A DNA stretch of 64,000 nucleotides from Oscillospiraceae bacterium (GTDB lineage: Bacteria > Bacillota > Clostridia > Oscillospirales > UBA929), in the NCBI GenBank assembly GCA_009777255.1, contig WRMG01000002.1:2105-66104 (forward strand), in the 5' to 3' direction. Both the position numbers and the translations under genes were made by a program. A model generated the notes under the pieces. The model saw only the letters and a program-made list of their open reading frames with translations, was not told the origin of the DNA and ran no database searches. Positions 1-10,648 of the stretch are shown one piece after another; the stretch's first letter is position 1; every line of letters begins with the position of its first letter.

Positions 1-829
1 CAAGACCCAGGTGTTCCTAAAGCCCGTGAACGACCATTACCGCACGCGCCTTACGCATACGCTGGAGGTGTCGCGCATAGCGCGCACCATAGCGCGCGGG
101 CTCAGCCTGAACGAGGACCTGACCGAGGCCGTCGCGCTGGGGCATGATCTGGGGCACACCCCGTTCGGGCACGCGGGCGAGGCCGCGCTGAACGGCGTGC
201 TGGAGGGCGGCTTTACCCATAACGAGCAGAGCTGGCGCGTGGTGCAAAGGCTTGAGCGCGGCGGGAAAGGCATGAATCTGTGCGCGGAGGTCGGCGACGG
301 CATAAGGTATCACACGGGCGATAAGTGGCCGGATACGCTGGAGGCCAGAATCATACGCTTCGCCGACCGTATCGCCTATGTCAACCATGACTTCGACGAT
401 GCCGCGCGGGCGGGGCTGCTCGGCGAGGAGGACCTGCCGCCGTGGCTACGCGAGTGTCTGGGCCTTGACCCGCACGACAGGATAGACACTCTTGTAAAGG
501 ACCTGATACAGACCAGCATGGATCTGAACGACGTCACCCTATCGCCTGATAGGATGCGCGCGCTCACTGAAATCAGGGCGTTTATGTTCGAGCGCGTTTA
601 CCTAAATCCGGTGGCGAAGGCCGAGGAGGAGAAGGGGCGCGACCTTTTGCGCCATCTCTTTGACTATTACATAAGCAACGTAAACGAGATGCCGCCGGAG
701 TACCGCGCCATCGCGGAGACGGACGGGGTTCCGAGGGCCGCCGCGGATTATATCTCCGGCATGACCGACCGGCTGGCGGTTATGAAATACGGCGAGCTGA
801 TGATACCGAAGGGCTGGCAAAAGGTATAG
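1..829 (+). CDS. dGTP triphosphohydrolase-like HD-domain protein (5' partial)
   Basis: The frame is open to the window start. It carries the HD motif GHDLGHTPFGH and the dGTPase-like block RTRLTHTLEVSRIAR. It sits upstream of dnaG-rpoD. Confidence 0.8.
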   Translation, partial: KTQVFLKPVNDHYRTRLTHTLEVSRIARTIARGLSLNEDLTEAVALGHDLGHTPFGHAGEAALNGVLEGGFTHNEQSWRVVQRLERGGKGMNLCAEVGDGIRYHTGDKWPDTLEARIIRFADRIAYVNHDFDDAARAGLLGEEDLPPWLRECLGLDPHDRIDTLVKDLIQTSMDLNDVTLSPDRMRALTEIRAFMFERVYLNPVAKAEEEKGRDLLRHLFDYYISNVNEMPPEYRAIAETDGVPRAAADYISGMTDRLAVMKYGELMIPKGWQKV

Positions 830-883
830 AAAGTATAATACATAATTTCCATGGTAAATATATACATGGCAGTATGAAAGGAT

Positions 884-2599
884 ATGACAATGGCCTTTCC
901 CGATACTTTTCTGGACGAGCTGGCCGCGAGGACGGATATTGTCGAGCTGATCTCGCGGTATGTGACGCTAAAGCGCCGCGGCGGTTCGATGATCGGGCTT
1001 TGTCCTTTCCACAGTGAGAAGACGCCGTCGTTCACCGTCAGCCCGGACAAGCAGGCGTTCCACTGTTTCGGGTGCGGCGAGGGCGGCTATGCCGTGCAGT
1101 TCGCGCAGAAGATCGAGAATCTGGACTATGTTGACGCCGTGAGGTTTCTGGCGGAGCGCGCCGGTATGCGGCTGCCGGAGTATTCGGACGACCCTGCCGA
1201 GAGGAGGCTCCGCGAGCGGCTGTATCTGCTGCATACGGAGGCGGCGCGGTTCTACCACGGCAACCTCATGTCAGGCGAAAATCCGTACGCGCTGGAGTAC
1301 CTTACGCGGCGCGGCGTGGCGGCGCGGACCATAAGGGTTTTCGGGCTGGGGGTATGCGCGCCGGGCGTTGATTCGCTTGTAAGGGCGATGACGGCGCTGG
1401 GGTTTACCAAGGAAGAGCTTATAGCGGGTAATCTCGCCGTCGCGGGCGGCAGGGGCGACATAGTTGACAGATTTAAGAATAGATTGATGTTTCCAATCAT
1501 AAGTGTTCAAAAAAAAGTAATCGCGTTCGGCGGGCGATTGACCGGCGACGGACAGCCGAAGTATCTTAACAGTTCGGACACACCGATATTCGCCAAGGGG
1601 CGGCAGCTGTTCGCGCTGAACCTCGCTAAAAGCTCGAAGCAAAAGGGGCTGTTGCTGGCGGAGGGCTATATGGACGTAATCGCGCTGCATCAGGCGGGCT
1701 TTGATAACGCGGTCGCCTCGCTGGGGACGGCGCTTACGGATAAACAGGCGGAGCTGATCAGGAAGTATTCCGGCGGAGAGGTGACGATAACCTATGATTC
1801 CGACGCGGCGGGACGGGCGGCCAGCGAACGCGCGGCGGCGCTGCTGAACAAGGCGGACGTCAAGGTTTCGGTGTTATCGCTGGACGGCGCCAAGGACCCC
1901 GACGATTTTTTGCAGCTTTACGGGGCGGCGGCGCTGAGGCTGAGGCTTGAGGAGCGCGAGAGCCATATGTCGCACAAGCTGGCGCAGTTGGCGGCGGAGG
2001 TTGATATACAAAGCGACGACGGGCGCGTCGAGTTTTTGAAAAAAGCCGCAGCGGTGTTAGCCGGCGTGAACAACGAGGTCGAGCGCGAGATATACACGGC
2101 GAGGGCCGCCGCGATAGCGGATGTTACAAAGGAGGCCGTCGCGCTGGAGGTCGGCAGGCTGAACGCGGGGACGCGGAGAAAGGCGCAGTTCAGGGAGCAG
2201 CGCGATTCGGCGCGTATCGGCGGCAGGGAGTCGAAGGCGATGCGGGCGGAAACTGAGTTTATACGGCTGGCCATTGATGATCCCGAGCTTGCGAGAACCG
2301 TCGCCGCCGAGCTGAGGCCTGTGGACTTTGAAACAGGGTTTCTGGGAGAGGCTTGGGCGCGGATACTGTCCGGCACGCAGTCAAATCTGAGCATGTCGCA
2401 GTTTTTTACCGAGGAACAGACGCGGTATATGTCCAAAGCGCTGGTGCGGCCCAAGTCGCCGGAGCAGATAGAGAAGGCGCTGGGCGACTGTCTTGACACG
2501 ATCATACAGGAGAGCGCGATCCGGGCGTCGGATTCACCGGAGATAACAAGGGCGATGCTGGGCGCGAAAAAAAAGAAACGGTATGGTGAGAAAGAATGA
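884..2599 (+). CDS. dnaG: DNA primase
   Basis: CHC2 zinc finger [29 protein letters not shown] and a Toprim region ([19 protein letters not shown]). Classic dnaG-rpoD order. An alternative ATG at 890 has better RBS spacing. Confidence 0.95.
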   Translation: MTMAFPDTFLDELAARTDIVELISRYVTLKRRGGSMIGLCPFHSEKTPSFTVSPDKQAFHCFGCGEGGYAVQFAQKIENLDYVDAVRFLAERAGMRLPEYSDDPAERRLRERLYLLHTEAARFYHGNLMSGENPYALEYLTRRGVAARTIRVFGLGVCAPGVDSLVRAMTALGFTKEELIAGNLAVAGGRGDIVDRFKNRLMFPIISVQKKVIAFGGRLTGDGQPKYLNSSDTPIFAKGRQLFALNLAKSSKQKGLLLAEGYMDVIALHQAGFDNAVASLGTALTDKQAELIRKYSGGEVTITYDSDAAGRAASERAAALLNKADVKVSVLSLDGAKDPDDFLQLYGAAALRLRLEERESHMSHKLAQLAAEVDIQSDDGRVEFLKKAAAVLAGVNNEVEREIYTARAAAIADVTKEAVALEVGRLNAGTRRKAQFREQRDSARIGGRESKAMRAETEFIRLAIDDPELARTVAAELRPVDFETGFLGEAWARILSGTQSNLSMSQFFTEEQTRYMSKALVRPKSPEQIEKALGDCLDTIIQESAIRASDSPEITRAMLGAKKKKRYGEKE

Positions 2600-3708
2600 A
2601 TATTTCGGAAGAAAAAAAAGGAATACTGAAGGACCTTCTTGAAATCGGAAAAAAGACCGGCAAACTCACGCCTAAGGAGCTTGCCGAGCTTATTGAAGAG
2701 CTTGAAATGACGCCGGAGGACTTGGAAAAGTTTTATGAAATGATAGACGGCATGGGAATAGACGTATCCGACGACGACTTTTTAGAGGACATTACCGAGG
2801 AGGAGCCGATAGATTTAGACGACGTTGACGAGATACCGCCCGAGGAGATTGTGGACCCCGAGGTGCTGATGGAGGGGTTCAACATCGACGACCCCGTGCG
2901 TATGTACCTCAAGGAGATCGGCAAGGTTGATCTGCTTAGCGCCTCGGAGGAGATAAGTCTTGCCGAGCGCATGGCGGCGGGCGACGAGCGCGCGAAGGAG
3001 ATGCTGGCGGAGGCGAATTTAAGGCTGGTCGTAAGCATAGCCAAGCGCTATGTCGGGCGCGGGATGCTGTTCCTCGATTTGATACAGGAGGGCAATCTGG
3101 GGCTTATCAAGGCCGTTGAGAAGTTCGATTATACAAAGGGTTATAAATTCTCCACATATGCCACATGGTGGATACGGCAGGCAATTACGCGCGCTATCGC
3201 CGATCAGGCGCGCACGATCCGCATACCCGTGCATATGGTGGAAACGATCAACAAGGTCATAAGAGTGTCGCGCCAGATGCTTCAGGAGCTGGGCCACGAC
3301 CCGTCGCCCGAGGAGATCGCGGCGGAGATGAATATGCCGCTTGAGAAGGTGCGCGACATAATGAAAATAGCGCAGGAGCCGGTGTCGCTCGAAACCCCGA
3401 TCGGCGAGGAGGAGGACAGCCATTTAGGCGACTTCATCCCCGACGAGGACGCGTCGGAACCGGCCGAGGCCGCGTCGTTCGCGCTGCTCAAGGAGCAGCT
3501 GGTGGACGTCTTGGGTACGCTGACGCAGCGCGAGGAGAAGGTTCTGCGCCTGCGTTTCGGAATCGAGGACGGGCGGTCGCGGACTCTGGAGGAGGTCGGG
3601 CGTGAGTTCCAGGTGACGCGCGAGCGCATAAGGCAGATAGAGGCCAAGGCGCTCAGGAAGCTGCGGCATCCCAGCAGGTCGAAGAAGCTGAAGGATTTTT
3701 TGAATTGA
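2596..3708 (+). CDS. rpoD: Primary RNA polymerase sigma factor (SigA/RpoD)
   Basis: Region 2 ([23 protein letters not shown]), region 3 and region 4 ([30 protein letters not shown]) are all present. ATGA overlap with dnaG. Confidence 0.95.
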   Translation: MNISEEKKGILKDLLEIGKKTGKLTPKELAELIEELEMTPEDLEKFYEMIDGMGIDVSDDDFLEDITEEEPIDLDDVDEIPPEEIVDPEVLMEGFNIDDPVRMYLKEIGKVDLLSASEEISLAERMAAGDERAKEMLAEANLRLVVSIAKRYVGRGMLFLDLIQEGNLGLIKAVEKFDYTKGYKFSTYATWWIRQAITRAIADQARTIRIPVHMVETINKVIRVSRQMLQELGHDPSPEEIAAEMNMPLEKVRDIMKIAQEPVSLETPIGEEEDSHLGDFIPDEDASEPAEAASFALLKEQLVDVLGTLTQREEKVLRLRFGIEDGRSRTLEEVGREFQVTRERIRQIEAKALRKLRHPSRSKKLKDFLN

Positions 3709-3731
3709 GATAAAAAAACTGTCATTCCGGG

Positions 3732-3768
3732 CGCGGCGAAGGATCTTAGTGATTCTTCGCCGCGTTTG
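3732..3768 (+). terminator. Putative rpoD terminator hairpin
   Basis: Stem cgcggcgaag / cttcgccgcg followed by a short T run (ttt). The T tract is weak. Confidence 0.4.
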
Positions 3769-3823
3769 GAGTGACAAGCCCTGAAAGCTACGCGTCATGG
3801 AGGTTGTGTAATGACAAGCTCTG

Positions 3824-3852
3824 AAAACAGCGCGACAGGGACGCTGTGTTTT
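3824..3852 (-). terminator. Putative intrinsic terminator of the ATP-grasp gene
   Basis: On the minus strand, acagcg-N9-cgctgt is followed by TTTT, just downstream of the stop at 3873. Confidence 0.5.
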
Positions 3853-3872
3853 GTGCGGAATATGTTGTTATG

Positions 3873-4727
3873 TCAACTACACGTTATGCGTATGTGTTTG
3901 ATAATGTCTCCGGCGATGTCGGCGCCGGAGCATTGGCTGAGCGCCTTGAAATGCGCGTTGGAGTTAACCTCGCATAAAACCGGCTCGCCGTGCCGGCCGA
4001 ACAGAATATCAACGCCGCCGAAGTCCAGCCCGAGGATTTTACAGGCGGCGACCGCCGTTTCGGCGTACCCGGGCGGCGGCGTCACCGTTTCGGCGGTGCC
4101 GCCGTTCGTCACATTCGACCGGAAGCCGCCGTCCTGCGAACGGCGCGTCATGGCCGCGGCAACCTTGCCGCCGACGATATAGACGCGCATATCGCGGCCG
4201 TGGCTGGACTCGATGTATTCTTGGAATAAATACGGTTTAATGCCCATCAGCCCTGCCGTTTCGCGCATTTGCGGGAGGTTTTCGGCCAGAAACACCTGTA
4301 ACCCGAACGAGCCGAAGCAGCCCTTTATTACAAGCGGGAATCCCAGACGTTCGGCGATTGGTTCCAAAAAACCGTAATCGCCGTAGCCGACCAGCTCATA
4401 TGTTTTGGGCGCGAGCAGTGTTTCTGGCATTTTTATTTTGCCCAGCAGAGAGAGGTAGGTCAGCGATTTGTCGTCGCAAAGCTCTATCGCGCGCGCGGGG
4501 TTGAACAGCCGTATCCCCTGCCGCTCCAGCATTTCGGCGAGGCGTATGTCCTTGTCCCAGAACAGCGCGAAATCCGGCCGCGCGCCGGAACAGCCGAGTA
4601 GCAGCCCGGCGTTGGTTTTGCGTATGAGTTCGACGCCCTGCTTTGCCGCCGCCGCCGTCAGCATATCGAAATGCCCGTCGAACAGCGGCGCGTCCACAAA
4701 GGCGTTTGTTATAAGCCAGCCTGTCAT
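3873..4727 (-). CDS. RimK-type ATP-grasp ligase
   Basis: ATP-grasp blocks GFPLVIKGCFGSFGLQV, RDMRVYIVGGKV, FRSNVTNGGTAE and GGVDILF...EVNSNA. Start moved to the internal ATG at 4727 (MTGWLI) because the longer ORF overlaps the upstream gene. Confidence 0.7.
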   Translation of the reverse strand: MTGWLITNAFVDAPLFDGHFDMLTAAAAKQGVELIRKTNAGLLLGCSGARPDFALFWDKDIRLAEMLERQGIRLFNPARAIELCDDKSLTYLSLLGKIKMPETLLAPKTYELVGYGDYGFLEPIAERLGFPLVIKGCFGSFGLQVFLAENLPQMRETAGLMGIKPYLFQEYIESSHGRDMRVYIVGGKVAAAMTRRSQDGGFRSNVTNGGTAETVTPPPGYAETAVAACKILGLDFGGVDILFGRHGEPVLCEVNSNAHFKALSQCSGADIAGDIIKHIRITCS

Positions 4728-4750
4728 TTTATAGTTTTCCTTTTCTATAC

Positions 4751-5428
4751 TTACAATACAAACATTAAGAACAATACGGCCCATGCCTTTTTGATGTCTC
4801 TGTTTACAAGCAGGTAAGCCGCGCCGAACATAAAGCCTCCTATAGCGGAGCTTATGCCGTTTGCCGGATCGAAAAATCCGCGGCTGATGATATGCGCAAT
4901 GCCCCAGGTTAAGCCGCAAATAATGCCGCCCCATGGGATATTCGTCCTTTTGGTCCAGCTTTCAAGCGCCTTTTGGCCAAAAACGATGATAAGCAGAAAC
5001 AACACGGTTTCAACCATATAGTAGAGATATTGAAACGCGAACCGCAGCGCTCCGTTTGCCTGAAATTCCCTGACGACCTTGAAATTCATATGCCAGCCAA
5101 TATAGCTTATCACCACGGAGAGCGCGATCGCCAAAGCTGCGGCGCCCCACTGCCAGAGCTTCATCTTTTCGCCTTTTTTGAATATATCAAACCCCATTTT
5201 TGTTTTAGCCAGCCGCACAAGCAAAACCGCCGCGCCGCTCCACGCCAGACAGGTGACTGTCCAGTGTAAAATAAGCTGCCAATGCGGGCTCTGAAAGCCC
5301 GGAATTTCCCCGAAAACAAGATAGCCAAGGCCAATTACAACAAATTCCAGCCCAAGCCCCGCAAGCGCGCCGAGCGCAAGCAATAAATATTTCCGGCCCA
5401 TACCTTTCAAAGCATCGTTGTTCGTCAT
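4751..5428 (-). CDS. Integral membrane protein, unknown function
   Basis: About six hydrophobic segments. No family motif could be assigned securely. Confidence 0.5.
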   Translation of the reverse strand: MTNNDALKGMGRKYLLLALGALAGLGLEFVVIGLGYLVFGEIPGFQSPHWQLILHWTVTCLAWSGAAVLLVRLAKTKMGFDIFKKGEKMKLWQWGAAALAIALSVVISYIGWHMNFKVVREFQANGALRFAFQYLYYMVETVLFLLIIVFGQKALESWTKRTNIPWGGIICGLTWGIAHIISRGFFDPANGISSAIGGFMFGAAYLLVNRDIKKAWAVLFLMFVL

Positions 5429-5477
5429 AAAACACCCAGCCTTCCTTAAATTAACGGCGCGATGAGGGCATCGCCCC

Positions 5478-6896
5478 CTACACTCCCAAAAATTCTTTCA
5501 TCAGCGCGCATTGGCGGCGCGCCAGCTCCATGTCCGGCATCTCGCAGAATATCCTGATAAGCGGCTCGGTGCCGGAGAAACGCGCGACCAGCCAGCCGCC
5601 GTTTTTGAAGAACACCTTGCAGCCGTCCATATATGACGCCCGCTCGGTTTCGATTTCAAATACGGGCAGTTTTTTGTCCTCCATCAGCAGCCTGACGACG
5701 GACGACTTTACATCGGCGCTGAATTTGTAGTCGTACTCGCACATGAACGGCTCGCCCAGCATGTCCGTTATCTCCTTGTATATCTCGGACAGCTTACGGC
5801 CCGTGACCGCCATCATCTCGACTAGGAGCGACGCGGCGTATATGCCGTCCTTGCCGGCGATATGCCCGCGCACGGTAAGGCCGCCGGAGGATTCGCCGCC
5901 GATCACCGCGTCGGTTTCCAGCATTTTTGAGGATACATGCTTGAACCCGACCGGAACCTCGTAGCAGGTTTCGCCCAGATGTTCCGCGACGCGGTCGAGC
6001 AGGTGCGTCGTCGCAAGGTTGCGGACGACGGGGCCTTTCCAGCCCTTGTATTTGCCCAGATAGTAGTACAGCAGGACGAGTATCTCGTTGGGGTGCAGGA
6101 AGCGGCCGCGCTCGTCGATAACGCCCAGCCTGTCGGCGTCGCCGTCGGTGGCGATGCCTATGTCCGCGCCGTTTTCGATTACGAATGTCCGCAGCGCGTC
6201 GAGCGTTCCCGCACTGGGCGACGGCAGCCGCCCTCCGAACAGCGTGTCGCGCCGCTCGTGTATCACGTCTACGTTGCAGCGCGCGGTCATGAGAATCGTT
6301 TGCAGCGAGGTTCTGGAAACGCCGAACATGGGGTCGAGTACGACATTCAGCTCGGCGCCGCGTATGGCTTCGGTGTCGATAGACGCCAGTATGGAGTCGA
6401 TATAGGCGTTAACCGGCTCAATTACCGATATTTGTCCTTTTTTCAGGCCCTCCGCGTACTCGGTCACGGGTATTTCGGCGTGATAAAATTTTTCTATATA
6501 CTCCTCCATTTGCGCCGTGACCTTTTCGTCGGCGTCGCGCCCGCCGCGCGTAAACAGCTTTATGCCGTTGTAGACAGCGGGATTGTGCGACGCGGTGACG
6601 GCCATGCCATATGGCAAGTCAAAGCGCTTTACAGCGAACATGACCAGCGGGGTCGGCGCCGGGTGTTTTATCACACGCACGGGACAGCCCGCCGCCGCGA
6701 ACACCTCCGCCGCCCAGAATGCCGCCACGTCGGACAGAAAGCGGCGGTCATAGCCGATTATAACGCCGCGGTTCAGCACGCCGTCGTCTTTCATTTTTTC
6801 GCAAAGGGCATAGGTCAAGACCTGCACATGGCGGCGCGTGAACCCGTCGCCTATGATGGCGCGCCAGCCGCCGGTACCGAATTTAATATTGTTCAT
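5478..6896 (-). CDS. Phosphoglucomutase/phosphomannomutase family (alpha-D-phosphohexomutase)
   Basis: Active-site loop TASHNP (MAVTASHNPAVYNGIKL), metal loop DGDADR and sugar loop GGESSGG. Confidence 0.85.
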   Translation of the reverse strand: MNNIKFGTGGWRAIIGDGFTRRHVQVLTYALCEKMKDDGVLNRGVIIGYDRRFLSDVAAFWAAEVFAAAGCPVRVIKHPAPTPLVMFAVKRFDLPYGMAVTASHNPAVYNGIKLFTRGGRDADEKVTAQMEEYIEKFYHAEIPVTEYAEGLKKGQISVIEPVNAYIDSILASIDTEAIRGAELNVVLDPMFGVSRTSLQTILMTARCNVDVIHERRDTLFGGRLPSPSAGTLDALRTFVIENGADIGIATDGDADRLGVIDERGRFLHPNEILVLLYYYLGKYKGWKGPVVRNLATTHLLDRVAEHLGETCYEVPVGFKHVSSKMLETDAVIGGESSGGLTVRGHIAGKDGIYAASLLVEMMAVTGRKLSEIYKEITDMLGEPFMCEYDYKFSADVKSSVVRLLMEDKKLPVFEIETERASYMDGCKVFFKNGGWLVARFSGTEPLIRIFCEMPDMELARRQCALMKEFLGV

Positions 6897-9295
6897 GATT
6901 GCACCCCCATTATTACCGTGACTTCGTTAACCGTGCCGGTTGGTTGGAACGGGATCACGCCGGTTACGGGCCTGCCGTTCAGTGTTATCTGTTTTACGCC
7001 TTTTTGTACGCCGTCTGGATTGCTTACCGTGATAGTATATATTGCGCCTCTCAGACGGCGCGATACGGTAAATTCTTTCCAGTCCGGCGGTACGCAAGGG
7101 TCTATCGCCAGCCCGTCAAACACAGGCTGTACGCCCAGTATATATCGAGTCGCCGCGAAGTACGCCCAGCCCGCCGTGCCGGTCATCCACGGATGGTTCG
7201 CGCGCCCGTGGGCGGCGTTGTCGCGCCCCATTACAAACTGGCAGTATGAGTACGGCTCCGCGAAACGCGTTTCTATGTCGTCGTTCTGCATCGCCGGACA
7301 AAGCGCGTTGTAAAATTTCATCGCCCTGCCGCCGCGGCCGAGCATTGCCTCCGCCGCCCACGCCCACGGGTTGGGGTGGCTGAACACCGCGCCGTTTTCC
7401 TTGACGCCCTGATAGACGCGCGTGACATAGCCGACGGAGTCGTCAACGGTCCTGAACGACGGCGCGTTGAGCATCAGCCCATAGGGGGTGTAAAGGTATT
7501 CGTCCACGGCGTCCATGCACATAACGCCGCGTTCGCCCTTTGCCGCGCCGGAGATAACTGCCCATGTGTTGCTCTCCATATGCACCTTACCCTCGGCGGA
7601 CTCGTCGGTGCCGATCTTGCGCCCGTCGCCGGTGTAGCCGCGCAGATACCATTTGCCGTCCCACAGTTTATCGTTGCATACCTTTTCGATTTTTGCCGCC
7701 ATTTCACCGTAACGCTTGGCGTCGTCAGCGCGCCCGAGGAACTCCGCCGCCTTGATAAAGGCGTTCAGCGCCCAGAGATGCAAAAACGACACCATGGCGC
7801 TCTCGCCGCCGCCGAGATTGAGGCAGTCGTTCCAGTCGGCGCGGAGGCCCTTGGCCACGCCGTTGGCGCCGGTCTGCGCGGCGGTGAACTCCAGCGACGC
7901 TTTCAGATGCTCGTAAACGGTGGCTTTCGGGCCGTCGGCATAGGGAATGACCTCGTCGAAGAACGACACCTCGCCCGTCTCCGCGACATACTCGCACACC
8001 GCCGTGACAAGCCACAGCGCATCGTCGGAGCAGACGTCGTCCAAGCCGCCGATCATATCCTTTCTGCTGGGGCGCGGCACGACGGTCGGGGATTTGTATT
8101 CGAGCTGTTTTTCCGGTTCCATGAACCATTCGGGCGAGAAAAGATGTATCCCCCAGCCCTCCGAGGTCTGGCCGTGCAGCAGCTGAACCAGCCTGTTCCG
8201 GCAGCCCGCCGGTTCCGCGTGGGGTATGCACATCGCGTCCTGCGCGGTGTCGCGGTAGCCCAGCCCCGTGCGCCCGCCCGTTTCTATAAACGACGCGAAA
8301 CGCGAGAACAGCACGTTTATCTCAGCCTGATACGGCGTCCATATGTTTATCATAGTGTCGAAGTCTTTATGCGGCGTTTTGATCTGGAGCGCGTTCAAGC
8401 GTTCGTCCCAGAACGACGCCAGCTCCTTTTGGGCCTCGTCCAGCTTCGCGGCGGAGCTGTACTTTTCGCGCATTTCCGCGCCCCTGGCGCGGTTTCCCTC
8501 GCCCAGCATGAACCACAGGCGGGCTTCATCTCCCGCCTCAAGCGTCAGCCTCTTTTGCAGCGCGCCGCAGTGGTTGTAGCACAGCGCCGACGAATTTGAC
8601 ATCATGCCGCTCTCCACCGCGGAGGGGTTTGACTCTGTGCGGTAGTTTCCGAGAAAGCTCTCGCGCACGCAGTCATAGCCGTCCGGCTCGAAGCCGGACG
8701 TGAAGAACTGACAGCCGTCCTCTTCGTAATAGAGGTCGTACTCTATAATGCCGTCCGCGTAGCTTGAGCCGGAGCAGTACAGGCTCATCTGGAAATTTTG
8801 ATTGTCTGTGTCTATGTGGTGGTATGAGAACTCGCAATAAGAGTAAACCGAGAGCTTACGCGGTCTGCCGGATTCGTTTTTCAGCGTGACATCCCACAGC
8901 ATGACGGGGTCGCCGGCGGGCACGAACAGGGTTTGGCCGGCGCTTATACCGTTGTAATCGCACGAATATTTTGAGTATGACAGGCCGTGGCGGCATTCGT
9001 ATTTCGCTTTGCTTAAATCCTTGCCGGTCGGCTGCCACGAGACAGTCCAATACTCGCCCGTTTCGTCGTCGCGTATGTAAACGTAGTATCCCGGGCGGTC
9101 AAGCGGCACGGCGTTGGGCCTGAACCGCGTTATGCGGTGGTACTGCGGGGATTTATACCACGCGTAGCCGCCCGCGTTATGCGACACCACCGCCGCGAAA
9201 TCCTTGATGCCGAGGTAATTTGTCCATGACACCGGTATGTCGGGGCGCGTGACGACATACTCGCGCGCCGGATTGTCAAAGTAACCGTAATTCAT
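6893..9295 (-). CDS. GH94 cellobiose/chitobiose-type disaccharide phosphorylase
   Basis: 800 aa with N-terminus MNYGYFDNPAREYVVTRPDIPVSWTNYLG, typical of cellobiose phosphorylases. ATGA overlaps with both neighbours. Confidence 0.85.
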   Translation of the reverse strand: MNYGYFDNPAREYVVTRPDIPVSWTNYLGIKDFAAVVSHNAGGYAWYKSPQYHRITRFRPNAVPLDRPGYYVYIRDDETGEYWTVSWQPTGKDLSKAKYECRHGLSYSKYSCDYNGISAGQTLFVPAGDPVMLWDVTLKNESGRPRKLSVYSYCEFSYHHIDTDNQNFQMSLYCSGSSYADGIIEYDLYYEEDGCQFFTSGFEPDGYDCVRESFLGNYRTESNPSAVESGMMSNSSALCYNHCGALQKRLTLEAGDEARLWFMLGEGNRARGAEMREKYSSAAKLDEAQKELASFWDERLNALQIKTPHKDFDTMINIWTPYQAEINVLFSRFASFIETGGRTGLGYRDTAQDAMCIPHAEPAGCRNRLVQLLHGQTSEGWGIHLFSPEWFMEPEKQLEYKSPTVVPRPSRKDMIGGLDDVCSDDALWLVTAVCEYVAETGEVSFFDEVIPYADGPKATVYEHLKASLEFTAAQTGANGVAKGLRADWNDCLNLGGGESAMVSFLHLWALNAFIKAAEFLGRADDAKRYGEMAAKIEKVCNDKLWDGKWYLRGYTGDGRKIGTDESAEGKVHMESNTWAVISGAAKGERGVMCMDAVDEYLYTPYGLMLNAPSFRTVDDSVGYVTRVYQGVKENGAVFSHPNPWAWAAEAMLGRGGRAMKFYNALCPAMQNDDIETRFAEPYSYCQFVMGRDNAAHGRANHPWMTGTAGWAYFAATRYILGVQPVFDGLAIDPCVPPDWKEFTVSRRLRGAIYTITVSNPDGVQKGVKQITLNGRPVTGVIPFQPTGTVNEVTVIMGVQS

Positions 9296-10533
9296 AGCAG
9301 CTCTCCATATAATATTTTATTTTTTACGTCCATTATTTTAACACGTCTTATTTGATTGCGCAAGCCTGCCGCCATGACGGCAACCTGAAAATAATTGTCC
9401 GCGTGTCCGGCGCTTTCGCCGTTTTTCTCGGTTTCAAACAGCACGTCAAGCTCTGTCTGTCTTGCCGCGCTTTCGGCGAACAGCTTATCCGAAAGAAGTG
9501 CCGCACGCGCGGCGCGCGCGCGCTTTTCAGCGTTGGTCAGGCGACCGGGCAGTCCGGCGGCCTTTGTGCCCGGGCGCGGCGAGAACGGGAAGATATGTGT
9601 AAAGGTAAAGCCCGCGCGCTCGACAAAATCGAGCGTCTCTTGAAAGTTCTCCTCTGTTTCCCCGGGGAAGCCGACTATCAAATCGCATCCCAGCGTACAG
9701 TCAAACGCGCCGAGCAGGCGTCCGGTCGCCTTTTCCGCGAGCGCCGCGTCATAGCCTCTGCCCATGGCGGCAAGGGTTTTGCCGCAGCCGCTTTGCAAAG
9801 CGAGGTGGAAGTGCGGGCAGATATTTTTATGCTTTGAAAGGGTTTCGGCAAACTCCTCCGTCACGCACGACGGGTCGAGCGAACCGATACGGAAACGTAT
9901 CTCGGGGAACTCGACGGCGAGCGCCGCCGCCAGCGGCGCAATACCGCCGTCATAGGCGGATATTTCTATGCCGGTCAGGACGATCTCCTTAGCGCCCCCG
10001 TCCGCGAACGCTTTCGCGCCGGAGAGTACGGCGCCGAACGGCACGGAGCGCGATGCGCCGCGCAGGCTGGGGATAACGCAGTATGAGCAGCTGTTTGAAC
10101 AGCCGTCCTGAATTTTCAGAAAGGCGCGGGTTCTTGTCAAGTTTTGAGTTTTAAGTTTTGAGTTTTGAGTTTGGTGCGGTGTTGGCGGACGGACACAGTC
10201 CTCTCCCGCGGCGCGTTCCAGCTCCGTTATGAATTTTGATACGTCGCCTGTGCCGCCCAGCACGTCGATATGCGGCGGCTTTTCGGTCATGGCCTGCGCC
10301 ATGCAGCCGTGTACCGCGACAACGACGTTCGGGAAGCCGCGGCGCGCGCGGCTTATCGCGGCGCGGGACTTCCTGTCGCTTACCGCCGTGACGGAGCAGG
10401 TGTTGATTATCACCGCCTGTACAGGCCCGCCGTCCGGTATATGCACGTGCCCGCGGGAGATAAGCCGCTCTATCAGGCTGTCGGTTTCGGTCTGGTTGGT
10501 TTTACAGCCCAGCGTTACGCATGAAAAAGTCAT
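9292..10533 (-). CDS. mtaB: Radical-SAM methylthiotransferase, MtaB-like
   Basis: N-terminal MTTase domain (TLGCKTNQTETD), radical SAM CSNSCSYC motif and a C-terminal TRAM-like region. Confidence 0.8.
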   Translation of the reverse strand: MTFSCVTLGCKTNQTETDSLIERLISRGHVHIPDGGPVQAVIINTCSVTAVSDRKSRAAISRARRGFPNVVVAVHGCMAQAMTEKPPHIDVLGGTGDVSKFITELERAAGEDCVRPPTPHQTQNSKLKTQNLTRTRAFLKIQDGCSNSCSYCVIPSLRGASRSVPFGAVLSGAKAFADGGAKEIVLTGIEISAYDGGIAPLAAALAVEFPEIRFRIGSLDPSCVTEEFAETLSKHKNICPHFHLALQSGCGKTLAAMGRGYDAALAEKATGRLLGAFDCTLGCDLIVGFPGETEENFQETLDFVERAGFTFTHIFPFSPRPGTKAAGLPGRLTNAEKRARAARAALLSDKLFAESAARQTELDVLFETEKNGESAGHADNYFQVAVMAAGLRNQIRRVKIMDVKNKILYGELL

Positions 10534-10648
10534 TATCTTAAATAACCCTTCAAAAATTTTAATAAAATTCTCCGCCGGTAATCTTTTGGCTCACCCCTTG
10601 ATTTTTTCGGAGCAATGGTTTATAATCCTATTTAGAGAGGTGATAAGG

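Noticed and set aside
3873-4934. Extended N-termini given by the ORF track for several genes (3873-4934, 10229-10885, 17665-18864, 33999-35528, 35601-37517, 38419-39993, 55885-56961, 57374-58291, 23653-30573)
   Set aside because: In each case an internal start codon has a properly spaced Shine-Dalgarno sequence. The extension either overlaps the neighbouring gene or regulatory region, or precedes the recognisable N-terminal motif or signal peptide. The shorter models were used.
5937-8599. Long plus-strand ORFs (5937-7313, 458 aa; 7376-8599, 407 aa) opposite the phosphohexomutase and GH94 genes
   Set aside because: These are typical shadow ORFs of GC-rich coding DNA. Their translations are Arg/Ala/Gly/Val-rich with no recognisable motifs, while the minus-strand products have unmistakable family signatures.
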